DNA from: Chromera velia
Lineage: Eukaryota
Reading direction: 5' to 3'
NCBI GenBank assembly: GCA_018398765.1
Contig: JAHBMJ010000201.1
Coordinates: forward strand, 62,001 to 126,000
DNA length: 64,000 bases
The notes under the pieces are model-generated. The model saw only the letters and a program-made list of their open reading frames with translations. It had not been told where the DNA came from and made no database searches. Below are positions 39,007 through 50,726 of the stretch, in pieces (position 1 is the stretch's first letter; every line of letters begins with the position of its first letter). A program made the position numbers and the translations under genes.

Positions 39007-39993
39007 AACACAAACACTCACACACACACACACGCGCGCGCGCGCGCGCGCGCACATGCGTGCGTACGTGCGCACGCACGCACGTACGCACGCATGCACA
39101 CATACAGCGACCCAATCAGACAGACAAAACGACAAAGGCGGAGGGAGCAGCGATCTTGTGATGACACGCCATTCCGAAAGGAAGAGAACCACAGCACTTT
39201 GTCATGCAACGTACACCCATGTTGTTGTCTACAAGTGGATACACGGAGGCCGGAGTGAAAGCCAATTTGGAAACAAACAGACCGAGAAGCTCAAATCGAC
39301 CGACGTTTTGGTGACAGGATACCCTGTTTCCTTTTCTACCATGATTACCCAATCTGCTGGGCAACTGATCAGTCCGGTCGGTCCGAGCTTTCGGTTGTTG
39401 GCCCAGTGAAGTACCATGGTCCCGATTCCCTTTGCCCGTGCTTCGGTCATCATGGGATCGTTCTTCGGATTATGCGATGGAAAGACAATGGAGCCCGTTT
39501 TCTTTTTACCACGAATGGCCCGCAAAGCCTCCTCTTGCAGAAAGCGTTCCACCACCCCCTTTCCGTTCGGCAGAACGACAAGCTTTGTCGCACGTGAGTT
39601 CCAGAACTCACTTAACATCTTAGAGTCTTCAAACTCCACACACCCCGTTACTCGATGCCAATACCTTCTTCCACAGCACTTCTCGTTCAATGCTCCGAGA
39701 ATGCAGATTTTATGCCCGAATTTGCTGTATGCAAGGCGGCTGATGTGCCCGGTCCATGACGAAAGCTTGTTATAGCCCCATATTCCACAACCCAAATTCC
39801 AGAGGACCAGGGCATGGGGTTCGCTGGATTCTTGAGCCTCATGCCAGGTCTTGGATATCCATTCTCCGCATGGGAGTGGCCTAAGGTGTGGTGGAGGTTC
39901 ACTTCTGCGTGGAGTCTCACCTGCTTCCTTCTTTATTGGCTGAAAAGATTCTCCTTTGAGCCTGTCTATCTGTGCTTGCTCCTCCGGGAACAT
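38803..39993 (-). CDS. NYN/PIN-like domain protein with degenerate catalytic motifs (probably 2 exons)
   Basis: ORF track 39229-40242; ATG 39993 preferred. Motif order LVLWNLGC / ICILGA / VVLPNGKGVVE / SIVFPSHN / EARAKGIGTMVL / LISCPAD parallels NYN. Donor after ...VTKTS (~39300) and acceptor at 38842 give a last exon LDSRPSKTPLAV*; unspliced it would stop at 39229. Confidence 0.65.
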
Positions 39994-40568
39994 TGCGTAC
40001 ACAACACTAACCTCTTCTACCAGGAAAGTGCCCCAAACTCCATGCGATCTGCTTTTTTCTAGTGTTTCACTGCAAAGGTCTTCAGTAGCAGCGACAGGTT
40101 TTCGATTCGTCACGTGTCTGACTTCCAGCCAATCCGATGAACATAATGGAAAGATCTCGAAGCTTAAAGAGGGAGAAGGATGAATGCACGTACATATTGA
40201 ATAACGCATGCTATAATTAACGTATGTAACGTCGACATACATGTTACGTAATATGCGTAAAGTTCGTTAAAGTCAGTCGCGAAGCCATGCAAACTTTTTT
40301 TAGTCCACGAGATGTCTGTACACAAGAGTGGGCGCGCGCATTGCACGCCGACGTACTTCGGAGAATAGGTACTGGTACCATGCAACAAAGTACACAAACT
40401 TTATGTTTTGTCAATACTGAGATTTCCTGTACAAGTGTCACACTGTACGAGCAGGGGAGGTTTAGGGAGGTTAGACTATAGTAGTGTAGGATGGAGCCGG
40501 TTGGGGGCATGAGTTTGCCCGGAATACGCTAAGGTTTGTTTCGTTGTTAGCTAGCTTGCAAGTCATAG

Positions 40569-40600
40569 ACATAGCGGGGAGGCCTAGTGCAGAACCTATT

Positions 40601-40633
<33 letters not shown>
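40569..40633 (+). repeat. Dispersed repeat end with (AATC)8 tail, copy 2
   Basis: ACATAGCGGGGAGGCCTAGTGCAGAACCTATT then (AATC)n. Confidence 0.6.
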
Positions 40634-40636
<3 letters not shown>

Positions 40637-41193
40637 AGTCAAGTTCTTAGTCAACGCTCACGGTGCAGTGAAACAATTAATATCATATCCGGAAGATTAA
40701 TTTTATTAAATTTTATCCCAAATAAAAACAAAAAATAAAGTTCATATAAAAAACATAAGGCAGAAAACGAAGATTTGCACTAACAATATAAAAATGAACG
40801 TGTTTTTAAACTTGATGTGGGCCCATCAATCACTGTAAAACGAGGCTTAAACCTTTTCCTAGAACTAACGCGAGATGCGCATCGTTATCTCTGAATCTAA
40901 GTCAAGAAGTAAACACAAATCTAGGCACAACTTTAGTTTAAAAACGTTTTCAGCGCAGACTACGCAGTAAGTAAGACCATCCCGAGGACTGCCTTTGCCG
41001 CTGGAGTCGCGGCGGGACCCTGCGCCTTGCTCACGCTCCCTGACGCTTCCTGCAGGGACCAGACTCTGGCCCGCATTGCAGGCCGCCCTCACGACGTAAC
41101 AGAATACCCGCAGACGCCGGCATCTACACGACACACACATAAACACAGAGAAAGATAGAGCAAGGGAGGCAGACAAGCAGGCAGGGAGGGAGG

Positions 41194-41233
<40 letters not shown>

Positions 41234-42327
41234 CAGAGACAGACTGTAAGAGAGAAAGGGGATGGCGTGAAAATGAACGAGCCCATACATACAGACTATA
41301 TGTTTCTTCTTCATAAAAACAGGCAAAGGGAGAGAACCACAGAACCGAAAACGAGAACCACAAGAAGAATTCAATGCAGCAGGAAGCAAGCAAGAATGCG
41401 TACAGATCGGGACACTGCCCAGCCTGTTGACGCAAAGAGCAAGCACAGCTGCAGGATCGAGAACGAGAATTGCAGACGCCAGGAGGGAGAAGGAACAACA
41501 CACCGCTCCCAGAGAGTCCAATTGGATGTTCTCTTTTTTGCCTACGCTCTTTCGTTTCTTTTTTTGTTCACTTCATTTACTTTCTTTCCTTCGGTTTCGC
41601 TCTCATTAAGATACATGTAGACATGCAGATCGTGGGCGAGTCCGCGCGTAGAACCAGATCAAGGACGCAGGGGGGGGTGTTGACCGTCGCCACCTCTTCC
41701 TTCTCTCCTCCCGAAGGACATTTGTGTCTGCATTCTGACAGTGAGCCTCTCTCTGAGTCCAAAGCTGCGCTTAAGAAACCCCTCCCTTAAATACAGAAAC
41801 TCCTTGTCGACACTTCGAGCTTTGCACACATGCAGGTGCATCAACAGCACCTTGTCTGATGCACCTGGTGTAAAAGACACGAAAACGCAGACACCGATTT
41901 GTCCCTGCACCCTCTTATTTCACACCCTCCCTTTATTCCTTTCCACCCGCTCTTCTGCACTCAGCTGTGCATCATGCATGGATTGTCAATCAATCCGACA
42001 GTGAATCAGTCAGTCAGGCGATCCTCGCCAATCCACTCAAAAACACACGACCAGGCAGGCCCCAGTTCAGCAGAACGATCGATGCGCGCATGTCGCTGCT
42101 TGACCTTTCATTTCTCTTCTCTACAACAGCTGCACTTCAAAGCTGTCTCCGCACAAAACTCGGTCACCTATTGAACACCTTCGGGCCTACCTGCTTTGTT
42201 GTACATAGATGCCGGATCATCACAAAACTTCTTCTTGCATCCTTTGCAAGAAAAGAACGCCACTGATGAAGGGCACAAGCATACACAGAAAGTTCTGGCA
42301 GCCAGCAGGGTTGAGTCAGTCTTTCAG

Positions 42328-43909
42328 TCAGCTGTCGCTGGACCTCATCATTGCAACAAACTCCTGGAAGTCGATTGTGCCGTCTCCGTCCGTGTCCACT
42401 TCCGACATCAGCCTCTTCACAGCCTCATCGCCCTGAAGAGACCCACTCTCGAGAACCTGCAGGCAGCCAGCCAGGCACACACACAGTCATGCACGCCATC
42501 ACGCGCACGCACACATATCCATGTGTGCACACGCACAGAGAGACATTCACTTCATTTGGGTTTGTGTCGGTTTCCGCGTCTCCAAAGAAGATCTGCATGC
42601 CCCTTTCCGATCATCGAAAACGGGTCAAAAAAACTGGACTTTGTTCGAAAACGACAAGAGAAGAGGATGTGAGATTGTCTGCATGTATAGAAATCGGCAG
42701 ACAGCGTTCATACCGATGGCGAAGAAGAACAAAAGTCTAGGGGCACATCATCGACCTTCAGACCCTGAGCGAGGGCGCAACGAATGTACTCCAGACCATC
42801 AGCAACGGTGAAGGCAAGCGTTGTTGGATCAAAATTGAATGATACTGGATCTTCTATTTTCATTTCAAGACAAGGTGGTTCAACTAAATGTATTAAATCA
42901 AATCATTTAACATCGCTGCACCGACCGACCTTCTGCAGCTCCTCCTTGGTGATCCGCCCGTCTCCATTCAAGTCGAACACCCTGAAGGCAGACCAGCAGG
43001 CTTCCTCGGACGCGTACGCCTTCCTCTCCATGGAGGCAGCCAGGAACTCGCTGTAGTCAATCTGACCACTTCCATCAGCGTCAACCTGACAGAGAGAGGG
43101 ATTGGAGCAGCGGGTGAAGGTACACGATTCCTCCTCGCAGCAGTTCAACAGAAGTTATTTAGTCAGATACACGTCCGCTTCTCAAGCTTTGTGCAACAAA
43201 GAACTGGCCAAGGAGCGGGAGCAGACGCGTGCAGACATCTTTTTCTTTCGTTCCTTCCTTTCTTCGTCCCTCCCTCCCTCCCTCCCTCCCTCCCTCCCTC
43301 TCCTCACCCCCAGGCCCACAGACAGAGAGGGAGAGACCAACGCACCTGATTCAGAAGATCATCCAGATCGTCAGGCAACTCTTCCATTCCGACCGCCTGC
43401 AGGCCCTTTCGAATCTCCTGCAGTGCATGCATGGAATCCCCACGGAAAGAAGGAAAGAAAAGAAAATCGAGAAATGGAAGGGAACGAACCAGGCACAACA
43501 ACATTGAGGGGTGGAAACAGGACTTCAAGAAACGAGAGAGGAGAGAAGAGAAAAAAGCACCCATGTAGTCACAGAAATCCCGCTGTGCAAGCACCATGCC
43601 TAAGGCCCAGCGCTCCCTCTCATGTCCTGCCCTCCCAATCTCGAGACAGACAGAGAGATAGGCAGATGCACAGATACAGGCAGACAGACAGAATTTATGC
43701 TTTCATTGATTTTCCTTTTATTCCAACCGTTGATGAACATGCACTCCCTTTTTTGGCACTCACGACAGCACTGTTTAAATTGCACCCCTATCGCCCTCAT
43801 CTGGCGAGTTTTGTTTTCCAGGGACAGACCATATGTTTCTTCGTCTCCCTTCTTTTCTTCGTGTACATACAGACAGACAGACAGACAGAGAGACGAACAA
43901 ACTGGGGGG

Positions 43910-43945
<36 letters not shown>

Positions 43946-46065
43946 GACTGAGTGAGTGAGTGACCTCAAAGGAGAGGGTTCCGGATCCGTCGCTGTCGAC
44001 TTCCTCGAATACCGCCTTCATTCTCTCTACGTCCCTCTCCCCCAGGTGTTTTGCGATCACCGACAGAGCCGCCTTCTTCATCAAGTTTTGCTTCTTGAAA
44101 GACCGGAGGCCTTCCATTACCTGAAGGCAGGAAGGCAGGAAGGGAGAAAAGAGAGGAGGAATGATGGCACCATCCCACATACGAGTCATGAGGCAGTGAC
44201 AGGTAGCTGAATGATTTGGTGTATTCCCCGACCGCTTTGTTCAGCCGTTGGCCATTTCATGCATCAGAAGTGCATCCATTCATGTGTAGATTTATTCCAG
44301 CCAGACCATTTGCACAGAATAAATACGGGATAGACATTGTCAGATGACATGAGAAAAGTCCCACAACAAGTGAACGACAAATCTCTTTTAGCTCCCCTGT
44401 TCGTTGCCCTTCCTTCCTTCCTTCCACCCGACCGCCCGACCCTCTCAGAGAGTTTGCTGTCATGGAAGATGTCGTGGTTGTGGTTGTGGGTCTCCTCGAG
44501 AGCTTTCTGGAGCCACGGGTGTTCGAGGGCCTGGTCTGCACTGAACCGTCTTTTGGGGTCGTACTGGATCAGTTTCCTGATGAAATCCTTGGCCTGCTGC
44601 GAGATGGCGTCCCACTCTGGAGAGAAGAACTCAAACGTGCCCCTGAGATAAAGGAAGGAAAGGAAGCGAGCACAGCTATCTTGATTTCATTCTGCGATTT
44701 CTTGCCAGCCTATTCGCGCCTGCTTTGTGTTCCTTCCGGAAGTGCCCAACCCTCTCCTCTCACTCACCCGGAGAAGAGAAGAAAGACTCAATACAGAGAG
44801 CCGGCCCATCTTCCGCTGAACAGACATCTAGCACGTATGGGAAAAAAACATCCAAACAAAGAAAGGAAAGTGAAGCAAACAACATTATCAGAGATGGAAG
44901 AGAGAGTAAGTCACGCAGAGGGCGTCGAAGGGGAAAAAGATCAGCGAGGAAGAAGGAAGAACAGAAGAAAAGCAAGGAAAATGAATGACAGAAAGAAAAG
45001 AAAAGAAAAGAAGGCGGACCGGAGGATCTTTGCGAAGATTCCTTCGTCTGTATTGGCGTTGAAGGGAGGACACCCGCTGAGGAGCATGTAGGCGATCACC
45101 CCTGTCGACCACATGTCGCACTTCTCAGTGTACTTCCCTTCCAACACTTGCGGTGCAACGTAGTAGGGAGTCCCTTTCTGTGATCTCATCGGGGTACCCT
45201 CTGTGAAGTGGCGGGCAAACCCCCAATCTGCAATCTTTAGACTGCTCTCTCCCTCTTTGCTCTTGAACAGAAAGTTCTCCATCTTCAGATCACGGTGTAC
45301 AACGCCCTTCGACTGTGCGTACTTGAGTGCAGACACAATCTGGAAGATGTACTGCGCTGCGACCTTCTCGGAGAAGGTCCCATTGGCAAGGAGCCGGTCG
45401 AAGAGCTCCCCCCCCTCACAAAGCTCCAGAATGAGGAAGAAGGTGTTGTCGTCCTCAAAGACCTCGTAGATCCTCAGGATGTTCGGGTGGTCCAGTTCCT
45501 TCATAATCGCAATTTCGCTTTTCAGGGCCAGCAGTTCTTGCCGGGGCATGTTCCTCTTTGAGATCTTCTTGATGGCTACTTCTTCATGGGACTTGAGGTC
45601 TTTGGTCTTGTACACAGCCGCATAACCACCTGCAGGCACACCGAAAGGCAAGAAGCAGGCTGGAGGTAACGTGGGGGGAGGGGACCGACAAGAGCGCGCG
45701 GGTGATAGAACAGGAAGAAGGTCAGGCGAGAGCAAAGAAGAGAAAGGAATCATGAAAAGAGGAGACGGCGGACCTTCTCCAATCTTCTTTGCGTTGGTCA
45801 TGTCATAGAACCTAGGTAGGTCTATGGCGTCTCTGTCCATGACGAAGTGGTCTGTTGAGAACTGTTTGAAGCTGGACAGGTGGGGGATGGGGGGGGGTGA
45901 GTTTTCCTCTTCTCCATCTCCATGAGTAGAGGGAACCTTGGTTGAAACTCCTGATTCCTTTTCTTTCATTTCCTTGAAAGATACTGAAAACGCCTTTCCC
46001 TTCACATTCTCAGTCTCGTGGGATCCCCCACCCTTCACGTTTCTCGCCACAATCTCAGCAATCAT
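42328..46065 (-). CDS. CDPK: Calcium-dependent protein kinase (kinase + 4 EF-hands), 7 exons
   Basis: [58 protein letters not shown], junction [14 protein letters not shown]-hands [48 protein letters not shown]; stop at 42328. Confidence 0.97.
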
Positions 46066-46419
46066 TTCTGAGATCTACACCCGAAGCGAAGCGCTCACTC
46101 AGCTGGCGACGAGACAGAGCTCGTGAGGTCTAGCTCGGATTGTGTGCAGCTGATTAGGAGCTGAGCTGACGCGACTTCTGTCAAACTTTTTGATGGTAAG
46201 GCAACTCCAAGGAAGGTGTAAGCGTGAAGAAAGGCTGCTGATCATTGGATCGACATCAATGCAGAAGACAGCGACACAGAGCCGCAGGAGGGGTGTTTCC
46301 AAACCGAGGCAAAACAAAGGCTCCGTGACCACGAAATCCGAAGAGACGGCTGCATGGCGGATTGGAAGTCTGACCGCGTTCTCACGCGCGATGACTTTTC
46401 TCGTCTCCTGGCTTCTGTT

Positions 46420-46476
46420 CCCATGCATGCACTGCATGCATGCAACTTTCCAAATACTTTCCAATATATATTTCCA
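46420..46476. promoter_or_regulatory. TGCATGCA cluster plus TTTCCA x3/TATATA in the divergent promoter CDPK / ZCCHC17
   Basis: TGCATGCA 46424-46431 and TGCATGCATGCA 46433-46444, roughly midway between ATGs 46065 and 46727. Confidence 0.6.
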
Positions 46477-46726
46477 GTTCATCGAACGCATGATGTCTTC
46501 AATCCTTGATCTTATATACTTCCTCCCTTCTTAAGATGCAATGTAAGCGCTCTTTCCATAGTCGATTGTGTGCCGGGAAAATAGGGAAACTGGGAACTGA
46601 TTCATTCTTGCTCTGAACGGACCGTGTCGCAGGAATTTTTGTCTCTCTTATCTTTCCTCGTTCATCGCTTTGGCGAGGCTTTTTTTTTCGTACAGAGTAG
46701 GGTGAAAGTATAAAGCAAGTGCCGAG

Positions 46727-49700
46727 ATGTGGGGAGAAGACGAAGTGCTGGGAGGGGGAGGGGCGACGCAATACTCCTTCCAAGAGGGAGGAGACGGCGA
46801 AGAAGAGGAGAGGGGGGCCGGGTCCTCGAGACACCAGAGAGACGGGCGAACGGGCAAGGAGCCTGAAATCTTCTCTGTGCACAAGGGAAGGGTAAAGCGG
46901 ATCATGAACTTCGGGGCCTTTGTTCACGTGAGTACGCGTGTGTGTGAGAGAAGTCAACCAGAAAGTGTTTTTCTTTCTTTAGCCTCTTTGGACAAGTATA
47001 TACGAGTTCTTGCTTCGATTATGTCCAGAGGTCTCCAGTGCGGTTCAATGCCTGAATTTTGGAGGCACACGCAAGCTTTTTCTTACCTGTACAAAGACGG
47101 CTCAACTCTCTTCGAATTCGTTGCTCTTGTGTATAATTTCTCACGAGAACTATTTTCTGGCCCTTAATTGATTCTGCAGATAGACTCCCACCCAGATAGA
47201 GACGGCCTGCTTCCCCTGGAGAACATCTCTCGAGAGAGGGGGGGGAACGGTCAGATGGAGCTGCAGAGACCCGACGAGGAACTGCGCATCCACCAGGACG
47301 TGTACGTGAAAGTCATACGGCTAGAGGGGGGGGGGAAGTTTGTTGTGGACATGACAACAGTCGACCAGAAAACCGGCGAGGATTTGGACCCCTCAAATTC
47401 GAGGGCGAAGGCAAGGGGAGGGGGCAGATCGGGTGGGGGGAGGGGAGGAGGGGACCTTCCTCGTCTGTACTCAGTCCACAAAGGCCGGGTGAAGAACATC
47501 ATGCCTTACGGGGCCTTCGTTGAGGTCAGACAGACCGCGCAGCTTGTGGGAGGGGGGCGTTAGAAACGCGACTTAGAAGGGGAGAGGTCCCTGCTTGTGT
47601 TCTGTTCATCCATCGATGATCTCGTGTGCATGACTCCCGCCTGTTTTTTTTTAAGGCTTTCCATGCCAGGAGAGATATGTCGAAAGTCCAAAATAGGTAC
47701 CTCGTGCTTCCATGCCTCCAGCGCAAACTTCTTGGTGCAACTAAAAGCTCGTTCAAGTGATGTTGCCAGGTTTGAGCTCTCTCTGCATGACTACCTTGCT
47801 GACTAACTGTCCGCCATGGCGAGTGCCTGCGTGCAGTTGGAGGGGTGCACTCAGGACGGCCTGCTTCACATCGGTCACATCTCTCAACAGAAGATAGAGA
47901 AGGTCGAGGAAGTGCTGGAGAAGGGAGACACGGTGTGGGTGAAGGTGGTGTCGATAGACGCAGACAGGGGAAAGTTTGGGGTCGATATGAGGAGAGTCAG
48001 ACAGTCAGACGGTAAGCAGCAGATATCTGGGCGGGCAGGTGGGCTGGGAAGAGTAGGAAGAAAATAGAGAGAGCGCAACTGCAGTCAGTCTTCCCTTTGT
48101 TTTAGTTCTGAATCGATTTCCTCGTTAGGTGGAAACAAAGCAGGGAGACTAACTTTCCTTCCCGTCTGCTTCCTCATGGAAGTGAACAATGCTACGTTCC
48201 ATCCTCTATGTGCCTACACGATTTGCCGGCATGTACCTGGAGGCACCAGCTTTCTCAGTGAGATGCTGAATGGCGGCTTTACTCACCTTTGTCCACAGTG
48301 GAAACTCGGACACGTATCCGCTGCAAATTTGTGTTGCGTCACTCATCCCCCCCCTCCCACGCTGACTGCATGCAGGCACAGACATGGACCCCAACAACGC
48401 CCTTGCAGAGATGGACGCCCAGAAGAAGACCAATAGGGAGAAGGGACAAGGAGGAGCAACAGGGTCGAACGCAATCGAACTCGGAGCGGTGCTCAACACC
48501 ACGTGTACTAGATGCGGAATGTCAGTCAGTCAGTCGGTCAGTCAGTCAGTCAGTCAGTCAGTCAGTCAATCAGTCAATCATACACAGATAGATCCACACA
48601 GTGAGTGAAAGACGAATGGAGAGGCAAGCCTGCGTCAGCAGTGACAACGGTAGTCAAGCAAGAGCTGGGATGGCACAGAACAAAACACTTATCTTGAGGC
48701 TTCAAAACTTTGCTTTCCGTCGCTCTTTTGCTCTCATGTCATCTAACAAAAAATTCCTTTGTGAGACTCACCTTCCGTGCTGATTGAATTTCAAATTGAC
48801 GTGCTGGCACGTTCATTGTTTCTATCAAACCACCATGCACTCAATGTTGGTCTTCCTTCCTTTTCTCTTGAACAGTCACTCCAGCAGTCCACAAGTCTGA
48901 AGAGCCTGTCATGTTGCTGTGTTGCATTGTTCTTGCGCTCGCAGAGCTGGACACGTTGCATTTGAATGTTTCTTGGCCAAGGGGAAAGGGGAAGACGGAG
49001 GGGACGACGACGAAGGCGAGGGGAAGGAGAAAAAGGGGCAGTCTGCTGGGATGGCCGTTGGAGGCTACTCGCTTCTTGAAGGTCCCTCTGAGGCTGAGCG
49101 TGCATTGGAACAAATGGAGGAGTTGCAGGCATTGCGTGCATTTCAGAAGACGAAAGACAAAGAAGCGAAGCACGTCCGAAAAGAGAGGGAGAAAGCAGAA
49201 AAGAAGGAAAAGAAACGTCACAAGGATGAAAAGAAGAGCTCAAAAAGCAAGACGAAGAAAGAGAAGAAGAAACATTCCAAAGAAAAGGACAAGGACAAGA
49301 AGAAGAAACACAAGAAGGAAAAGCACTCCTCAAAAAAGAAGCGGAACGATTCATCGTCTTCCTCAAGTTCCTCTTCCTCTTCGTCGGAAGACGATCAGGA
49401 TTCCCCGACAAGAGGGAGAAAGGAACAGAGTCACAAAGACGGGGACGAAACTAGAGAGAGGGGGCAAATTGAGGGTCACCACTCTTCTTCCCACTTTGCG
49501 GGACCACATGACCGAAATGGAAATGGGTACCGAGAGCGGGAGAGAGAAAGGGGGACGGACCAGGACTTCGACAGACCGAGAGAAAGAGACAGAGACCTGG
49601 AGCGAGACAGAGATCGGGACAGAGAGAGAAGCAGGGAGCGTGAAAGAGGCAGAGACAGATACGTGGAGCGAGAAAGAGAGAGGAGCAGGGAGCGCGATAG

Positions 49701-49809
49701 AAACATGGACCGACACAGAGACCGCGACAGGGAAAGAAGTCGGGAGCACGACAGGGACAGAGGCAGAGAAAGGAGGGATGTACACAGAGATTTCGATAGG
49801 CCTCGTTAG
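46727..49809 (+). CDS. ZCCHC17: ZCCHC17/pNO40-like nucleolar protein: two S1 RNA-binding domains, CCHC zinc knuckle, Lys-rich and RD/RE-rich tail; 5 exons
   Basis: Two S1 units (SVHKGRVK.IM.[FY]GAFV...DGLL...V[YW]VKV...GKF.VDM), DMDPNN, AVLNTTCTRCGI|AGHVAFECF (C-x2-C-x4-H-x4-C across an intron), GYSLL, then a K-rich tail; this motif series matches ZCCHC17 as I recall it. Confidence 0.88.
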
Positions 49810-50081
49810 CTGACCATCCTTGTGAACTAGCTTGGGACCATCCCTCCAGGTGAAGTCATTTGAAAGGACATTTCATTCAGTCAGCCCTTGCAGAGGGACT
49901 CAGATTGAGCTTCAATTCTATTAACTGAATGCATAATCATCGGATGCATGACTGGCAATTAAACACAGTGAAATCAAGAATAACTTGAAACAAATTATAC
50001 TCATCATCATGATCATAGAAGTTTCGTCACGTTTATTGAACTTTATTCAATTTAATCTTATATTTAATTTATCCCCCCAGA

Positions 50082-50235
50082 CGGTGTAAGCCGACCTCCA
50101 GCAGTGGACCGCAGGCAAAACTCGTAGCAAAACTCGGAACTTTGAATATCAATCATAGTGCTATAGGATAGGATTAGGATTAGAATTTATGTTCCAGGTT
50201 CCCCGCGGTTCACTGCTAGGGGTAGGCTTACACCG
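50082..50235. mobile_element. MITE-like element, 154 bp, 34-bp inverted repeats, internal TAGGAT repeats
   Basis: CGGTGTAAGCCGACCTCCAGCAGTGGACCGCAGG (50082-50115) vs reverse complement of 50202-50235: 29/34; no TSD seen. Confidence 0.7.
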
Positions 50236-50726
50236 CTATGTTATTAATGCAGTATATGCACCTCGCGATCGATCCTAGGATCGATCAAGGCTCGGCAGTA
50301 GAATACATAGGGCATATCATCATCCTGCACCACTGTTTCTCCTCCACACACTACTAGTAGTGCTAGCTCTAGTAAAAAATTAAACTGAAAATTTATAAAA
50401 AATAATCGATATATTGTAAAAAGCTCTGCATGTCAAGAATATGCAAATTCACAGTTTTGGATAGTCTTGGCCTGAACTGCAGGATATCCAGGCAGTAGCA
50501 GGCAGGATATACATGCAACAGAACGATAACAGAATGTAAACCTCAACATGTCTTATTTCACCCTTGATCACCTGGGTTGAGCTCGCAGAACGGACCAATG
50601 AAGCCCTTTGAAGGACCCTCGGGATTGTAGAGACCGATCGAAAGTAATCTGACATTGACTTCATATTCATACCCAAGTGCATACTACATTCGTGTTCCAG
50701 TGTTAATTCCACAATAGCTTGATTGA

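Noticed and set aside
40865..41790. Possible small gene after the GC-rich block at ~41000
   Set aside because: ORFs are short or low-complexity with no consistent splice model.
48911..49813. 300-aa alternative-frame ORF over the last ZCCHC17 exon
   Set aside because: Purine-rich low-complexity exon lacks stops in a second frame; the zinc knuckle fixes the true frame.
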